Assembly (NCBI GenBank): GCA_964016885.1
Contig: OZ024764.1
Span: 22,134,001 to 22,198,000, forward strand
DNA: 64,000 bases
Direction of reading: 5' to 3'
DNA from: Eledone cirrhosa
Taxonomy: Eukaryota
Part shown: positions 41,227 through 55,417 of the stretch, in pieces
Layout: every line of letters starts with the position of its first letter
Position numbering within the stretch: position 1 is the stretch's first letter
Notes under the pieces: model-generated
Told to the model about the DNA's origin: nothing
What the model saw: the letters and a program-made list of their open reading frames with translations, nothing else
Database searches by the model: none
Translations under genes and position numbers: made by a program

Positions 41227-42501
41227 ATGTTGAAAAATATAGTAAAATCACCATTCCACTGTGATATCTGTGGTAAATCATTCTCTAAAAATACTAAATT
41301 AACTAGACACAAACTAAGTCACACAGAAGAGAAGCCATATCACTGTGATATCTGTAGTAAATCATTCTCTAAAAATACTAAATTAACTAGACATAAACTA
41401 AGTCATACAGAAGAGAAGCCATATCACTGTGATATCTGTAGTAAATCATTCTCTGAAAGTACTAAATTAACTAGACATAAACTAAGTCACACAGAAGAGA
41501 AGCCATATCACTGTGATATCTGTGGTAAATCATTCCCTAAAAATAATAAATTAACTAGACACAAACTAAGTCATACAGAAGAGAAGACATATGACTGTGA
41601 TATCTGTGGTAAATCATTCTCTAAAAATACTAAATTAACTAGACATAAACTAAGTCATACAGAAGAGAAGCCATATCACTGTGATATCTGTGGTAAATCA
41701 TTCTCTAAAAATACTAAATTAACTAGACATAAACTAAGTCATACAGAAGAGAAGCCATATCACTGTGATATCTGTGGTAAATCATTCTCTAAAAATACTA
41801 AATTAACTAGACACAAAAGTATTCATACAGGAGAGAAGCCGTATCACTGTGATATCTGTGGTAAATCATTTTCTAAAAGTAATAAATTGACTAAACACAA
41901 ACGTAGTCACACAGGAGAGAAGCCGTGTCACTATATCTTTGGTAAATCTAAAAATAGTAACTTAGCTAGAGACAAACTAAGTCACACAGAGGAGAAACCA
42001 TATCACAATGATATTTGTGGTAAATATTTCTCTCATGTGAGTACCTTAACAAATTACAAACATATTCCTGCAGGAGAGACACCATATTATTGTGATGTCT
42101 GTGGTAAATCATTCTCTAAAAATACAAAATTAAAAAGACACAAAGAAAGACATTCAGGAGAGAAGCTATATCACTGTGATATCTGTGATAAATCATTCTC
42201 TCGAAGTGATCATTTATTTACCCACAAACGTACTCATACAGGAGAGAAGCCATATCAATGTGATATCTGTGATAAATCATTCTCTCGAAGTGATCATTTA
42301 TTTACCCACAAACGTACTCATACAGGAGAGAAGCCATATCACTGTGACATCTGTGATAAATCATTCTCTCATAGTCAAACCTTAACTATTCACAAACGTA
42401 CTCATACAGGAGAGAAGCCATATCACTGTGACATCTGTGGTAAATCATTCTCTCGTAGAGATAACTTAACCAGGCATGTGCGTATTCATACAGAAGTTTA
42501 G
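41227..42501 (+). CDS. C2H2 zinc-finger protein 3 (15 units; fingers 9-10 degenerate)
   Basis: Intact ORF; ATG 41227 is homologous to the paralog starts; acceptor at 40759. Confidence 0.9.
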   Translation: MLKNIVKSPFHCDICGKSFSKNTKLTRHKLSHTEEKPYHCDICSKSFSKNTKLTRHKLSHTEEKPYHCDICSKSFSESTKLTRHKLSHTEEKPYHCDICGKSFPKNNKLTRHKLSHTEEKTYDCDICGKSFSKNTKLTRHKLSHTEEKPYHCDICGKSFSKNTKLTRHKLSHTEEKPYHCDICGKSFSKNTKLTRHKSIHTGEKPYHCDICGKSFSKSNKLTKHKRSHTGEKPCHYIFGKSKNSNLARDKLSHTEEKPYHNDICGKYFSHVSTLTNYKHIPAGETPYYCDVCGKSFSKNTKLKRHKERHSGEKLYHCDICDKSFSRSDHLFTHKRTHTGEKPYQCDICDKSFSRSDHLFTHKRTHTGEKPYHCDICDKSFSHSQTLTIHKRTHTGEKPYHCDICGKSFSRRDNLTRHVRIHTEV

Positions 42502-45448
42502 CTGTATCAATATCAAACTCATTACATCATACTACAACAACAACAATCGTGTAGATCCATCATCCTTGCTAAAACTGGGGTTAACCTTGTAGGTTTTACC
42601 TAGGACAGGGATCATAAACACCAGGTTTCCATTTTTGAAGCAGTGTTTGAAGATTTTGTGTAAATTAAAGTTTTTCACATTAAACTTTGATTTATTATAC
42701 TTTAACAGGTAAGATACATATTTGTATTTTTAGTAAAGGTTGGGAACTTCTGTTATTTAAACCTGCCAATAAAATGAAAACTTTTGTTCTTGCTAATCTG
42801 ACATTGATATTAATTCTATTGTCCTGTACATTGTCTCAAATATCACAGATTAAACAGATTTTAACAATAACAACAGAAATCAATAACTTGTAAGCCTAAT
42901 ATCTAGCTTCCATTTTAACTATTTGATATTGTTGTTCCCCTCCTGTCTCTTCAGGTCTTTTAGATTTCAACTTCTATCTACTGTACTATTCCATCACCAA
43001 GGCAACATTCATCTGGCTGGCAGCTTACATCAGCTACAGATCTCATCAGTGGTTCACAACAGGCTGTCTGAAAGAAACTTCCAGATATCTTCTATGTCAT
43101 AGCTATCAATCTCCTCCTCCTTATCATATGTATCATGTAGAACATCTCTGTATTTATATTTAACAGGGAGATCTTTTACTGTCCCTACCCCTTTTCTCTA
43201 GGTTGTCTTGTACCACCCTCACAGTCCCTCTAGATTTTATATTTAACAGGGAGATATTTTACTATCCCTACCCTTTTCTCTAGATTGTCTTGTACCTCTC
43301 TCAGTCCCTCTAGATCTTATATTTAACAGGGAGATCTTTTACTCTCCAACCCTTCTTTCTCCAGATAGTCTTGAATCTGTCAGTCCCTCTAGATCTTACA
43401 CTTAGTATCTAGTCTATGTTGAGTGGTACGTCCTTCTTCAGTAAAGGAGTTAATATTCCCAACCATCTGTCTATCCTGTTTTCTGATGAGAATGAAGTCA
43501 ATCTAGTTTATCTCTTCACCTGATTGAAGTAACTAGATGTTTTCCTGTAAGTTAGTGTTGCAGTGTTTGTGTCACCATGTAAGGTTTATATCTATTAATA
43601 TAGAGATGTAGTAAAGTTTTCACTGTTGTATCTCTATTTTCTAAATATCTTAATAATGTTTCTCTACTATTTCAGAATATCACATGACCTTGACAGAAAA
43701 GAGTCTTTTAAAGACAACAGAAAGATGTTACATACAAGTGATATAAACTTGTTTAGTCTGTGGTGAATTATGGTGAAATATTTCTTCTGAATTGAGATAA
43801 ATAACAACATATTCCTTTTTCACTGTCTGGAATATTTACAAGATGATTTTACATTCTGATTAAACTTTGGATATTTACAAAGGAGTTTTCAAAATATTTG
43901 GATATTGACAAAGATCACATTTGATAAAATTATGAACAATAGAAATATTTACATCAACACAGGAATATCTTCCAGAAGAGATGAGAAAATCATTATACCA
44001 CTGTAATATTTGTGGTAAAATATTCTCTCTTCTTTATATGTAGAACATCTAACTAAACACTTTAACTAACAAACTATTGTGCTATAGAATTGACAAACTT
44101 GAGGAATGTTTAATAAATGTTACAGATTTCTCCAAACTGTTGTTTACTAACTTTAATTTGAAGCTATATTATATATATACTACTAAAACTCTGTGATTGT
44201 GTCTTGTCTGTAATTTAATACAGCTAAAACAGTGCATAATGGGGAAATACTTAGAATAGGAATAAAACAAGTTTTGTATAAATTGGAGCACAGGTTCCCA
44301 AGATACGGGGTTTTCTGGGTACCTTCATAAATATAGGGAGAGAGCGAGACAGTGGTGGTGAGAGAGTGGGCGCTGGTGGTGTTGTTTAATAAAATGTGTG
44401 TGTGTATATATATATACGTATGTGTTAAATGACTTAAAAGATAATTTTAAGGCAACGTGACCCAACAGGTCCCAGGTGGTCTATTAGAGGGTCATGTTCT
44501 AGATGTGCTGGAAGAGCTATTCCATCTTGTGAGGCTCACACCAGCAGCTAGCCACCTCAGCACCTATGGTGGTATATTTATTATATTATTTATTCTTTAT
44601 CATTAACATTAATATAAAAGATAATTATATATTTTTAGAGAAGAACCTCTAATTTCATATAGCATAGGGCTTCAGTAGGTAAAAGTCTGGCCCTGCTTGT
44701 CTTGCATTTATTAGGGGAGAAGTTAGGGAATACGGTTATTGTGTGAAAGTTTTCTAAATCTTCTTCAGCCACTAACGTGGAGAAGATATTTCAGTAAAAA
44801 GGTTCACATCCTGACATCTATAGCTGTTAACAATGAGATTGGAATTCATTATTAAACAAATGTTATATCATCATCACTGTTTTTCCACGCTGGCATGGGT
44901 TACACGAGTTATCCTGTTGTAAGCAATGCCAGATCAGGTGACCACGTCTGGCTCCTACAAAACCAATTTTGGTTTGGTTTCTACAGCTGGATGCCCTTCC
45001 TAGCACCAACCTTATTTACATTGAGTACTGGGTGATTTTTACTATCTCACCAACTCGACCACTTCACAGTGTGTGCTGGGTACTTTTTTACTTTTTGTCA
45101 TGGCACCTACATAAGCACTTCACAGTGAGTACTGGGTACTTTTTATCGTGACACCTACAGTACCACTTTACAGGGTGGACTGGGTACTTTTTGCCATGAC
45201 ACCAATGTGACCACTTTACAGTGTGGATTGGGTACTTTTTGTCGTGACACCTACATGACCACTTTACAATGTGGAATGGGTATTTTTGTTGTGACACCTA
45301 CATGACCACTTTACAGTGTGGATTGGGTACTTTTTGTCATGACACCTACACAACCTCTTTACAGTGTTGGCAGTGAAATCTAATGCACCAGCTTCAGTAA
45401 TCAGAATATACATATACACACACACAAACACAAATATATATATATATT

Positions 45449-47500
45449 CAGTGGTACCTTGACTTACAAGTGTCCCAACTAATAAGTTTTTCGAGATATG
45501 AGCCCTCTTTCGGCTGATTTTTGCGTTGAGTTCCAGAGTAAAATTCGGGTTACGAGTCAGCTTCAGATGCCCCGCCACTAGTTGGCATAGTGACCACCAC
45601 AGGCAATACCGTAACACCCGCCCGGCATCCCATGGCTTCGAAGAAAGTGAGGGCGAAGGACAGTTCTGAGAAGAAGAAGCAGATGATGTGTATTGAATTA
45701 AAGAAAGAAATTATAGAAAAACAAGACCAAGGTGTGTGTGTAGTGGACTTGGTGAAGTAGTACCAGCATAGAACTTCTACGATATGTACCATACTGAAGT
45801 AGAAGGACTTGATAAAGACTATAACCCCAGCTAAGGGTGGTAAAATAATTTCTAAATAGCGGACATCTATCCATGAAAATATGGAAAAGCTGCTGATGGT
45901 GTGGTTGACGGAGAAGCAGCTCGCAAGAGATACTGTGATGAAGATTATAATATGTGCGAAGGCACGAGCTATTTACGCTGATTTGCTGCAGCAGACCCCA
46001 GGTACTTCTACGGACGAGCCATCGGCAAGCCCTTTAATGCCAGTCGGGGTTGGTTTGAGAATTTTAAAAAGAGGACCGGCATTCACTCCGTTGTCAGGCA
46101 TGGTGAGGCAGCGAGCGCGGATATGAAGGCAGCTGAGGATTACCTCAAAACCTTTGTCAGAATTATAGCAGCCGAAGGATACATCCCTCAGCAAGTCTTT
46201 AACTGTGATGAAACAGGACTTTTTTGGAAGAAGATGCCAAGGAGGACTTATATAACGGCAGAGGAGAAGAGGATGCCTGGCCACAAACCCATGAAGGATA
46301 GGCTAACCCTCGCACTGTGCCACTGTGAACGTTGACTGTAAGATTAAGTTGCCGCTCGTTTATCATTCGGAAAACTTTAAGTCACATAAGATTCTGAAAG
46401 AAAAACTGCAGGTTATGTGGAGGGCAAACCCGAGGTCATGGGTCACCAGATAGTTCTTTGTGGATTGGGTGAATTTGGTACTGACATTAAAAAATATCCC
46501 CATGAAAATAACCTACCCCTGTAAACCCTTCTTGTTCTGGACAATACACCGGCTCACCCACCTAACCTCGAAGAGTTCAAGTTTATAAAGGTCCTCTACC
46601 TTCCACCAAACACCACCCCTAACCTACAGCCCAAGGACCAGCGGGTACTTTCTAATTTCAAGAAGCTCTTCACCAAGCACCTGTTCAGTCGCTGCTTTGA
46701 AGTGACGGAGAGCACAAACTTCACCCTTGAGAGGTCTGGAAGGACCATTATAACATCGTGATATGCCTCAGAATTATCGATATGAACTGGCAGGGTCTTA
46801 CAAAGAGGACCTTGACCTCTACATGGAAGAAGCTGTGGCCTGAAGTTGTGTCTAAAACAGACTTTGAAAGACTGGAACCCGAAGCGGCAGTGGTGGCGGA
46901 GATTGTACCCTTCGGTAAGTCCATGGGCCTGGACATGGATGAAGGTGACATCAACGAGCTCATCGAGGAGCACCCCGAGGAACTGACAACGAAGGAATTA
47001 AAGGAGCTACAGACACAGCAACACACGGAGTTTTTGCAGGAAATAGGTGACACAGAGGAGGTTATCTCAACAACTGAGATGAAACAAACCTCATTAGACA
47101 GGTCTTTATCGAAAATCCCTGCAGATATAAGTGAGGAACGCGTGGCGAAAAGGGCAAAAATCAGCGAATAAGATTCAGTTATTCAGTTCATCCTTTCTCC
47201 TCCGTCAACATCCTCAAGTCGTCTGATCTCCAAGATAGATGCCGTACATTATACTTAATAAAACCAGTTTATTGTAGTACATTCTATTGTATTGTTTTTT
47301 ATATACAATATTTGTTATTTATAAGTACATTTTTCTTATTTAAAAACACGTAACAAAACAAAATGTGGTTTTGGGGGGTCTGGAACGGATTAACGGCATT
47401 TTAATTTATTTCAGTGGGGAAAATTGATTTGACATACGAGTAATTTAAGTTACGAGGTCCTCCACGGAACAAATTAAACTCATAAGTCAAGGTACAACAG
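45449..47500 (+). mobile_element. Tigger/pogo DNA transposon, defective
   Basis: TIRs CAGTGGTACCTTGACTTA / TAAGTCAAGGTACAACAG; CENP-B-type HTH (MEKLLMVW) and QQVFNCDETGLFWKKMP. Confidence 0.9.
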
Positions 47501-47879
47501 TGTGTATATATATATATATGAAGAAACGATCGACTTTCGTCAAATCGGACCGAGGAAGCAATGTTTCCATTGGTCTTTCCAATTGCTAGTACTATTGGTC
47601 GCAACTCCAGGTAGAAGGAACAACGTGAAATAAAGTGTCTTGCTCAAGGTCATAACGCATCGCCTGGTCCAGGAATCGAACTCACAACCTCAAGATATAT
47701 ATATATAAATGAAGAATATAGAAATTATTGTAGCAAAAAGCCAACAGTATTCCATTTCATTTCATTTCATTTGATTTTGAGTCCATGCTCAGGCAAAGTC
47801 GAAGACTCCACCCTCAATCGAAGACTCCACCAATTATATATATATATATATAGTATAAAAGAGAAAACACAGGTAAGCA

Positions 47880-48270
47880 TTAAGAGAAGGATTTTATCCA
47901 GGTATTTACGACCGTTTCATTGGTAAGTGCAACCTTATATTTCTATCCTGCAAATAGCAGCCACTCAATTATAATTGTTGTTCACAGTCCAAATTTTCAA
48001 AATAGTAAGTTACTCTTGAAATAATTCTTAATATATAGAGAAAAACATTTATTTGGAATTGTATTTACTAGTATAGAGAGAGAGGAATCAGAAGGTGAGG
48101 GGACAGACGGAATAGTATAGAGAGAGAGGAAGAGGTAGGAAGTAGAGTGACAAACTGAGATGGAGGGAGGGGTAGAGGTGGCAGGATTCTTTGGTCAGTT
48201 TTGACAGCAGACTTCATGTGGTGGAATGTAGTGAGTTAAAGAGAATTAAATTGATCATTTTTGGAGGGAT
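47880..48270 (-). mobile_element. Possible Penelope-like 3' fragment
   Basis: Minus strand has PS.NDQFNSL, like a GIY-YIG C-terminus, and a GAAACGGTCGTA half-hammerhead. Confidence 0.35.
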
Positions 48271-49314
48271 GGATATATATATATATATAGTTAAATATTA
48301 GACAGGAACAAAAAACAGGCAGTGCAAATGGTAGTTTATACCGAGAGACAGACAAACACATCTATACCCCTACTACAGTAAAACATAAAACATATGTAAG
48401 GGGAGACAACTCTCGTTACATCCCCCCTTCTTTTTGATATACGTCCTTTAAATACTTTGTACAATGGAATCTGCTTTATTTTGTGTCCTAAGTAGATTTC
48501 TGTTTAAGTATTTACGAGATTCACAATGATTCACGTAACCAAGTTACTTACATAGAGACATATTTCACATAGAATTACAACAAATGAAAATATTAAGTCA
48601 ACACTCTGTCAATCTGTCTCACATCACATGGGGTGCTGGAGTCTCCTTCTAATACTTTCTGAGACAGTCTTACCTCGAGTGATAGCAAGGCTAAGATGTT
48701 GGAACTACCAAACACCCTCATATGTATCACCTGACACCTCGGTAAGGAGAGCTGCCAACGATAACAAGAACCTCGTTGTCAGGGACCTATCTCCTCCAAA
48801 CTTCTCCAACACCACAAACTAGAATATTCTACTCATTATTCCCTATCAAATATATTTCAGTCTAGTCATTTATCTTGTATCTTGTATATATATTTTCAAA
48901 ACTAACTGTCACATTTGTGAGACCCCAGTTAGTGATGTTTTCGTCTCCCTCCCACATCCTACATGCTGTAGTAAAAGTGAGGGTCACTGCTTCTGTAGAC
49001 GAACGAAATAAAAGTTAAACTACCAGTAATTATCGGCAAAGTATTTATTCCAGTCTGTGATGTTTGAGAAGCTGGGCTGCTGACAACGAAGTTGTGGTCA
49101 CTGTTGGCAGCTGGCTTTACCGAAGTACCCGATGACTCTTGTGAGGGTACTTAGCTGTTCTGGCAACTTAGCCCCCATATGACCCGATCTTACAGAGATA
49201 CCCGGCGATCTCTGTCAGAGTACCTAGCTGTTCTATTTTAATTACATTTACTGTTTTCAACGTTATTTTTTTTTATTACAAACTTTACATAATTTAATTC
49301 CGTAAAAATATTTT

Positions 49315-49459
49315 TTACGTCACAAAAAAACTTGACCTTTGACATTGAAGCATGCGCAGTGGTGCAGTTGTCGACTTCCTGTCCACGTGTCAGTCTTCCT
49401 ACAACATCATTTAGAAAACATTTCTGTTAATACTAAACACCTGAGACTATAATGTAAGT
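49315..49459 (+). promoter_or_regulatory. Promoter and non-coding exon 1 of ZNF gene 4
   Basis: Same motif cluster; donor GTAAGT at 49454. Confidence 0.65.
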
Positions 49460-49913
49460 ATTATGTCTATTAATATTGTAGATTTAAGCTCACTTTTCAC
49501 ATCACAAATATATATTTTCTTGTTTGTTTCATTACTGGAAATATAAAATGTTATCGTAATTATCTATATTTTACCTACCTCTAATTAATTAAAGTGAAAA
49601 CTTTTGTTGTTGCTGAAAAATAAATTAACAAAACTAAATATTTAAATATTCTAAAGGTCGTTTTTATATTATGTGATGATATAATTAATATATTTTATTA
49701 CAATTGTATAAATTTACAGTAGAATAACGTTGTAAATATGTTTTAAATATATACATAAATAACATAAGTGTGTAAATAACATTATAAATTGCTGGCAATT
49801 CCTTGAGAAAGACACTACAAATATATTGTCTAAACTGTGTATAATAATATAATTTATTGAACAATAATGATAAAGGAAAGAAAAACACAGTGGGAGATGG
49901 CAATTGACCACCA

Positions 49914-52900
49914 AACGAGGTAAACATTTTCAACTTTCCCCTTTTTTTGCTTTGTCCGAGACAACTCAAAATATTCTTCAAGGAACTGGATTTTCCATTC
50001 GGTTGGATCGAACGGATTTTACCATTTATAATCTACGGAGAGGAATAACAGATGTTCGTAGGAAAAAAGAATTGTTTGTGGCAACAACGTAGGGAACCAA
50101 CCTGGAGCAATTGTATCACACAATTATACTTTCCTCCTTAACATACACTTACAATTTTTCAAAATCAAACCCCACAAATATAAAATATAAATAATTATAA
50201 ATGGCGAGGAACCATCCCATCTCCCTCTTGAAATAACCTGAATCTATTTATAGTCAGGTGTGACTGAAAGGTCAATCCATACTTCCATTCTATTTCACAG
50301 AATTAGAAGCTTTGACCACTTGATAGAATTCAGGTCCAGTAATGTAATCACTCCGTAATTGTAAACATCTTGTATCACTATCATTCAGGTTTTGATTTTA
50401 CTCAAGTCTTGCCCATGTTTTTTTTTTTTTACACAAACTCACAATTTCGGTTTTTACTGCGGATTTACCCATGCCAACTATTACACAAACTCACAGCCTT
50501 AGATTTTGTATTTCTAGCGTTTTTATTTTCCTTCTCTTTGCATGTTCAGTGCTCTTTCTCTCCCACTATTTACCTGCCTCTCACATGACCACACTCCTCT
50601 CCACGCACTCATCATCTTCTCACTCCTTCTCCACCTTCCATCCCTCCCCTTGCTCAACCCTTACTTCCTCCTCACGCACAGCCCACCTAGGTATTCGTTC
50701 AACCCGCTGGTGGCCCGATGTTTCGACCGAACTATCACCGGCGATTGCCGATTGCTAAAGTTGCCACCACTTTAACCTTGTCCACTCTAGGTGGGGGTGG
50801 CATGCGTTGAACGACCAAGAGACCTGCTTGGTGGAACGACTAATGTGACAACCGGTCAGCCTTCGACCTCTCATTCTCCACCAACTGCAGCACGCACGAG
50901 AGGAGCTAACTTGACCCCACCTACCCCTCCTCTCCTTCACGGCAGATTCCGAACGAATCCAACCCGGCCAACCACACCACCCCTACAACTGTTAGCTCAC
51001 CACCCAACCTCCGCTTTAGTCCCACCGTTAGAACCACTGTTTTCTCCTTTACTGACTCACTCCCTTCAGCGAATTCCAATGCTGGCCCTCTACTGCCGGC
51101 TGTTGCCAGCCCGCCACCTGATTGCGCCCTCTGTGCCCGCACTAACCAGTACTTAAAGACAATTAAGTCACCTATGCCACGCAAGCTACCACAGAAGCTG
51201 TGTCGGCATCACCAAAGCTCAAGCAAAAAGGCTTCAACACTGGACCTGTCATCGGTGCCACTTCAGCTCTGACTATTCCGTGGGGATGACCAACACTCTA
51301 CCGACGACTTTCCACAGCCCCCCCAGGACTTCACCAAATCAAAGCTCGTTAACCGGACCCTTAAGGGAGCTCGGAACAGCTTTGCAGGTGCCCTCTCTAA
51401 TTTACTGAAAAACGTTTGCTCGTCCAACAATAGACTGGCAGAAATTGTTTTTGTTTCCCCTCATCTCTCTTCACGTGCACAATGCGAACTCGGGTTCCCT
51501 CAAGTCCTCTCTCAAGCGGCAGTTCCAGCTGTTTGAGTCCACCCCAACCACGTCTCATCTCAGTTCGTCTCCGAGCTCGGTGTCCACCAACAGACAACCG
51601 GTAGACCTCAAGCGAGCCGTCAATGCCAAATTCAGCGAATTTGACATTAAAGGGGCTGTCCTCCCTTGCTCCATGCAACTCTGACTCTCGTGAGCGTCTG
51701 AAAGAGAAGCACCCCCAGATGATCAGCAACACTGGCCCGAACCACCAGAATACTTGAGACCGGTTTACACCACCAATATCATCAGAAAGGCGATTTCATC
51801 CTTCCCCGCTGGGTCAGGCGCGGGAATTGACGTCCTTCGTCCTCAACATCTCAAGGATGGTATCTCCTTATTGGCCGGTGATGCCGGACTCGAGCTCTTG
51901 GAGAGTCTGACTCAGTTTGTGAATCAGTGAACGTTCTCCCGTTCATCCGCCCACTGTTCTTCGGTGCGAAGCTATTTGGTCTCACCAAGCCCAACGGGGA
52001 CCTGCACCGCATGCGGTTGGCTGCACACCTCGCCGCCTCACTGCAAAGGCGTGATTGCTGTTGGTCTCCAACTCAGTGGCGGAGGAATTTTCCCCCATCC
52101 AGCTGTGGGTGGGTACCAGGTTGGGATGTGTGGCTGCTGTCCACGCTGCCAGAGCATTTGCCAACTTGCCCTCCTCATCCCCCAAGGTCATCCTCAAACT
52201 TGACCTCAGGAATGCCTTCAACTCCGTCAGCCGTAACATCGTCCTCGGCTCAGTAAGAGAGAGGGTCCCACAACTCTACCACTTTGCTTGGCAGGCTTAT
52301 CGGGAGCCCTCCTACCTCTCTTTCAGTAACCAGATCATCACCTCTGCCTCAGGAGTCCAACAGGGTGACCCACTCGGGACCCCCCCCCCCAGCACTGGAC
52401 ATTGATGACGTCACCAAGATGGGGGCTGAGTTGGAACTCAATGTCTGGTAGCTCGACGACGCCTGTTTGGGGGGAACTCCGGATATGGTTCTCGCCACTG
52501 CCAACAGGATGGTGGAGGAGCTTGGCGCCGGGGACTCCAGATCAATAGCTCCAAATGTGAGCTCTGGATCCTCAACCACCCGGCTTCTTAACACCAACAG
52601 CTGATCGACCTGTTCGCAGAGTCCTTCCCTTCCATCACGGTCCCTCCCCCGTCGGCTTGGTGCTCCTTAGGAGCCCCGATCACAGACCTGGCCTTCGAGT
52701 CAACCATCCAATCGAAGATGGTTGGCCTTGAGCAGCTGCTGAGGAATATTGAAGATATCGAACCCCATCAAGGTTTCTTCTTACTCAGGAACTACCTGTC
52801 TATTCCTAAGCTTCTGTATCTGCTCAGAGTCAGCCCCTCTCACAGATTCCCATCCTGCCTCCAACGCTTCGACGACCTAATCTTCGAGAGACTCGAGTGT

Positions 52901-54176
52901 CTGGTCAATGTTAGTAAGTGTTCATCCCTCTCTCTCCCCTGCTTCCTTTCCTCCACCCAAGCTTGCAGCATCCTCTCCTCTCCAACATGGACTAGTTCCA
53001 ACAGGGAGTTGTGTGAAGCTCTCCAGCAATGGAGTGAGTTGGGCTTGTCTCTTCCTCAGAAGGTCGAGGACAGTCGAAGTCAGAGAACTTGGGACAGGAT
53101 ACGTTGGAATGCCACCTTCGACTCCCTCTTCGTCCTCTCAGATCAGTTTACAAGGTGCCGCTTACCATCTGCCAGCGCCAAATACTCCGGTGACTGGGTC
53201 GATGCCTTACCCGTGGCCAACGTTGGAGGCCTACTCAGCCTGGATGAACTTCGTGTCTCCATCACCCTCAGAGTGGGAGCTGACGTCTGCATGGGTTTGA
53301 GATGTGGCTAACTCCTCGACTCCACAGGCCCCCACGGTCTTTCTTGCTGCCTGAATGCCGGCCACTTCACCCGTCACACGGAGCTAAACTTTATTCTGAA
53401 GAGAGCTTTGGCCCGGGCAAACATCCTCTGTCTTGGAACCATCTGGGTTGTCCAGAAATGACGCAAAAGACCTGACGGCCTTACCCTGTGGCCCTGGTGG
53501 AGAGGCAGGTGCCTAATCTGGGACGTCACTGTTAGTGACTCCTTTGCTCTTTCCCACATCCTTGATGCTGCGGTAAGGACGAGAGCCACAGCTTCGGCAG
53601 CCGAGCGGAGTAAGACCCTCAAATACTCTGATCTGTCGGCCAGCTACATTTTTCAGCCTGTGGCTTTCGAGACGTTTGGGGGAGTCGGGCCGCTGACTGC
53701 GAGGTTCCTTTCCTCACTGGCGGCTCGCCTTATAGAGGTAACTGGCGAAATCGCGAGGGCGCTTGGCTGTTCCAGCACCTCAGCCTCGCCATCACCCGAT
53801 GTAACACTGCCAGTGTGCTGGCTTGCCTCAAAACTCATTAGAGAGGTTTCCCAGTACCCTCGTTGCTGTCTTTTGCTCTGGTGTTGGCTCCGTTGTCCAC
53901 CCCTTCCTTTACATTTTCTTTAATATTGCAACATTAAAGGAATTTATCTTTCATTGTATCATCCTTTATAGTGTTACCGAGGCATTTGTAATGTTATTTA
54001 TATATTTAAAACATATTTGTTATGTTATTCTACTGTAAATTTATTTATATGCTCTGTTTATATTTTCATTCTGAAGGAACTTATCCACTTGTGTTGATAT
54101 AAGTGATGCTATGACTTTCCTCTAAGCATTGTGTCATTATATATGTTATTATAAACGTGAATAAATTGAATTTATA
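49914..54176 (+). mobile_element. Near full-length degenerate CRE-clade non-LTR retrotransposon
   Basis: RT (KLDLRNAFNS, GVQQGDPLG, W*LDDACLGG), decayed CCHC (HGLSC..RH) and RLE endonuclease KRPDGLTLWPWWRGRCLIWDVTV; AT-rich 3'UTR. Confidence 0.85.
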
Positions 54177-55417
54177 GTGTGATAATAGGCCACACCTCAC
54201 ACCCTAGGGGTTAACTACACACTGGCAGCATTACAACGGGTGATGGTGAGGCTAAGGTGCTGAAATAACCAGGTACCCTCACGGGTATCACCTGACGCCT
54301 CTGTAAGGTGAGGCTACGGTGCTGAAATAACCAGGTACCCTCACGGAAACGACTAGATTTGTAGAAAAAGTAGGGTGAAAGTATACAAAGAGATGTAGTT
54401 TCACAGATCTACTCACACCTCACGTTGGGTGGGAATAATTATTTTTCTTAGAATTCTTGCTATACCCCTTTTCCAGTATTTTTTCTCTGGACCCCTTAGA
54501 TACTTGCGATAGACGTTTTATTTCCCAGTATTAGGATTAGGGTTTCCGTTTTCAGGAAGAAAAGTCGACTGCAAACATCTAAGAGGTCGAGCAATGAAAT
54601 TAAGGAAAGATAATTATTTCCCAGCCAACTGGAGAAGTGTGTAGCTCTTCTAAACTCCGATAATCCTGTCTCCCACTTCTTTATCTACAAATCTAGTCGT
54701 TTCCTGCTACTTTGTTCCCTGGGGTATGCCTTAGTATTTGACACCATCTATCTGTCTTACTCCCTAACTAGAAAGAAGTCAATCTGTCTCATGTGCTCAC
54801 CTGATTGGTAGGTTATTAGGTGGTTGGTAGGTTTCTTGAAGTGTTGCAAATGGTTAGTTCACTTGCATCACAAAATACAAGAAGCGTCACTCCTTCATCG
54901 TTTCTTGAGCCATAACCATGACCACCATGTACCCCAGTGTATCCATCCTGGAGCTGTCCAACATGACCATTGAAGTCCCCTGCTATTATAACTAGGTCTC
55001 TGTCATTGTGGTTACCTCTACTTTTTCCTTTTCTACATATGGAGCAGGACCACGTTCCTGAAGGGGTCAGGGTCTTCTCTCCTACCCATTAGCACTTTAG
55101 TTTTGGCTAAGTATATTCTCAGAACTTACCATTTCAAATTCTATATCTATAGTTGGTCATCTACATAGAGAAGTTTCCATAGACAGCCAGTCTTAAACCT
55201 CTCTGTTATGGTTTGGAGAACTATGATGAACAACAGTGGGCTAAGAACTAAACCATGATGAACTCCTACCTGTACCTTCAATTCTTCACTAGACACACTT
55301 TACTGACAGCTTCTCACAAGCCATTCTTCTACACCTAATTTCCTTAACCCTTTAGTATATAAACTGGCCATATCTGGCCAGAATTCTCCCACATCTTTCT
55401 GTTCAAACTGGCCGTAA

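Noticed and set aside
47900-48025. Second hammerhead on the minus strand (GAAACGGTCGTA)
   Set aside because: The CTGANGA core cannot be found intact.
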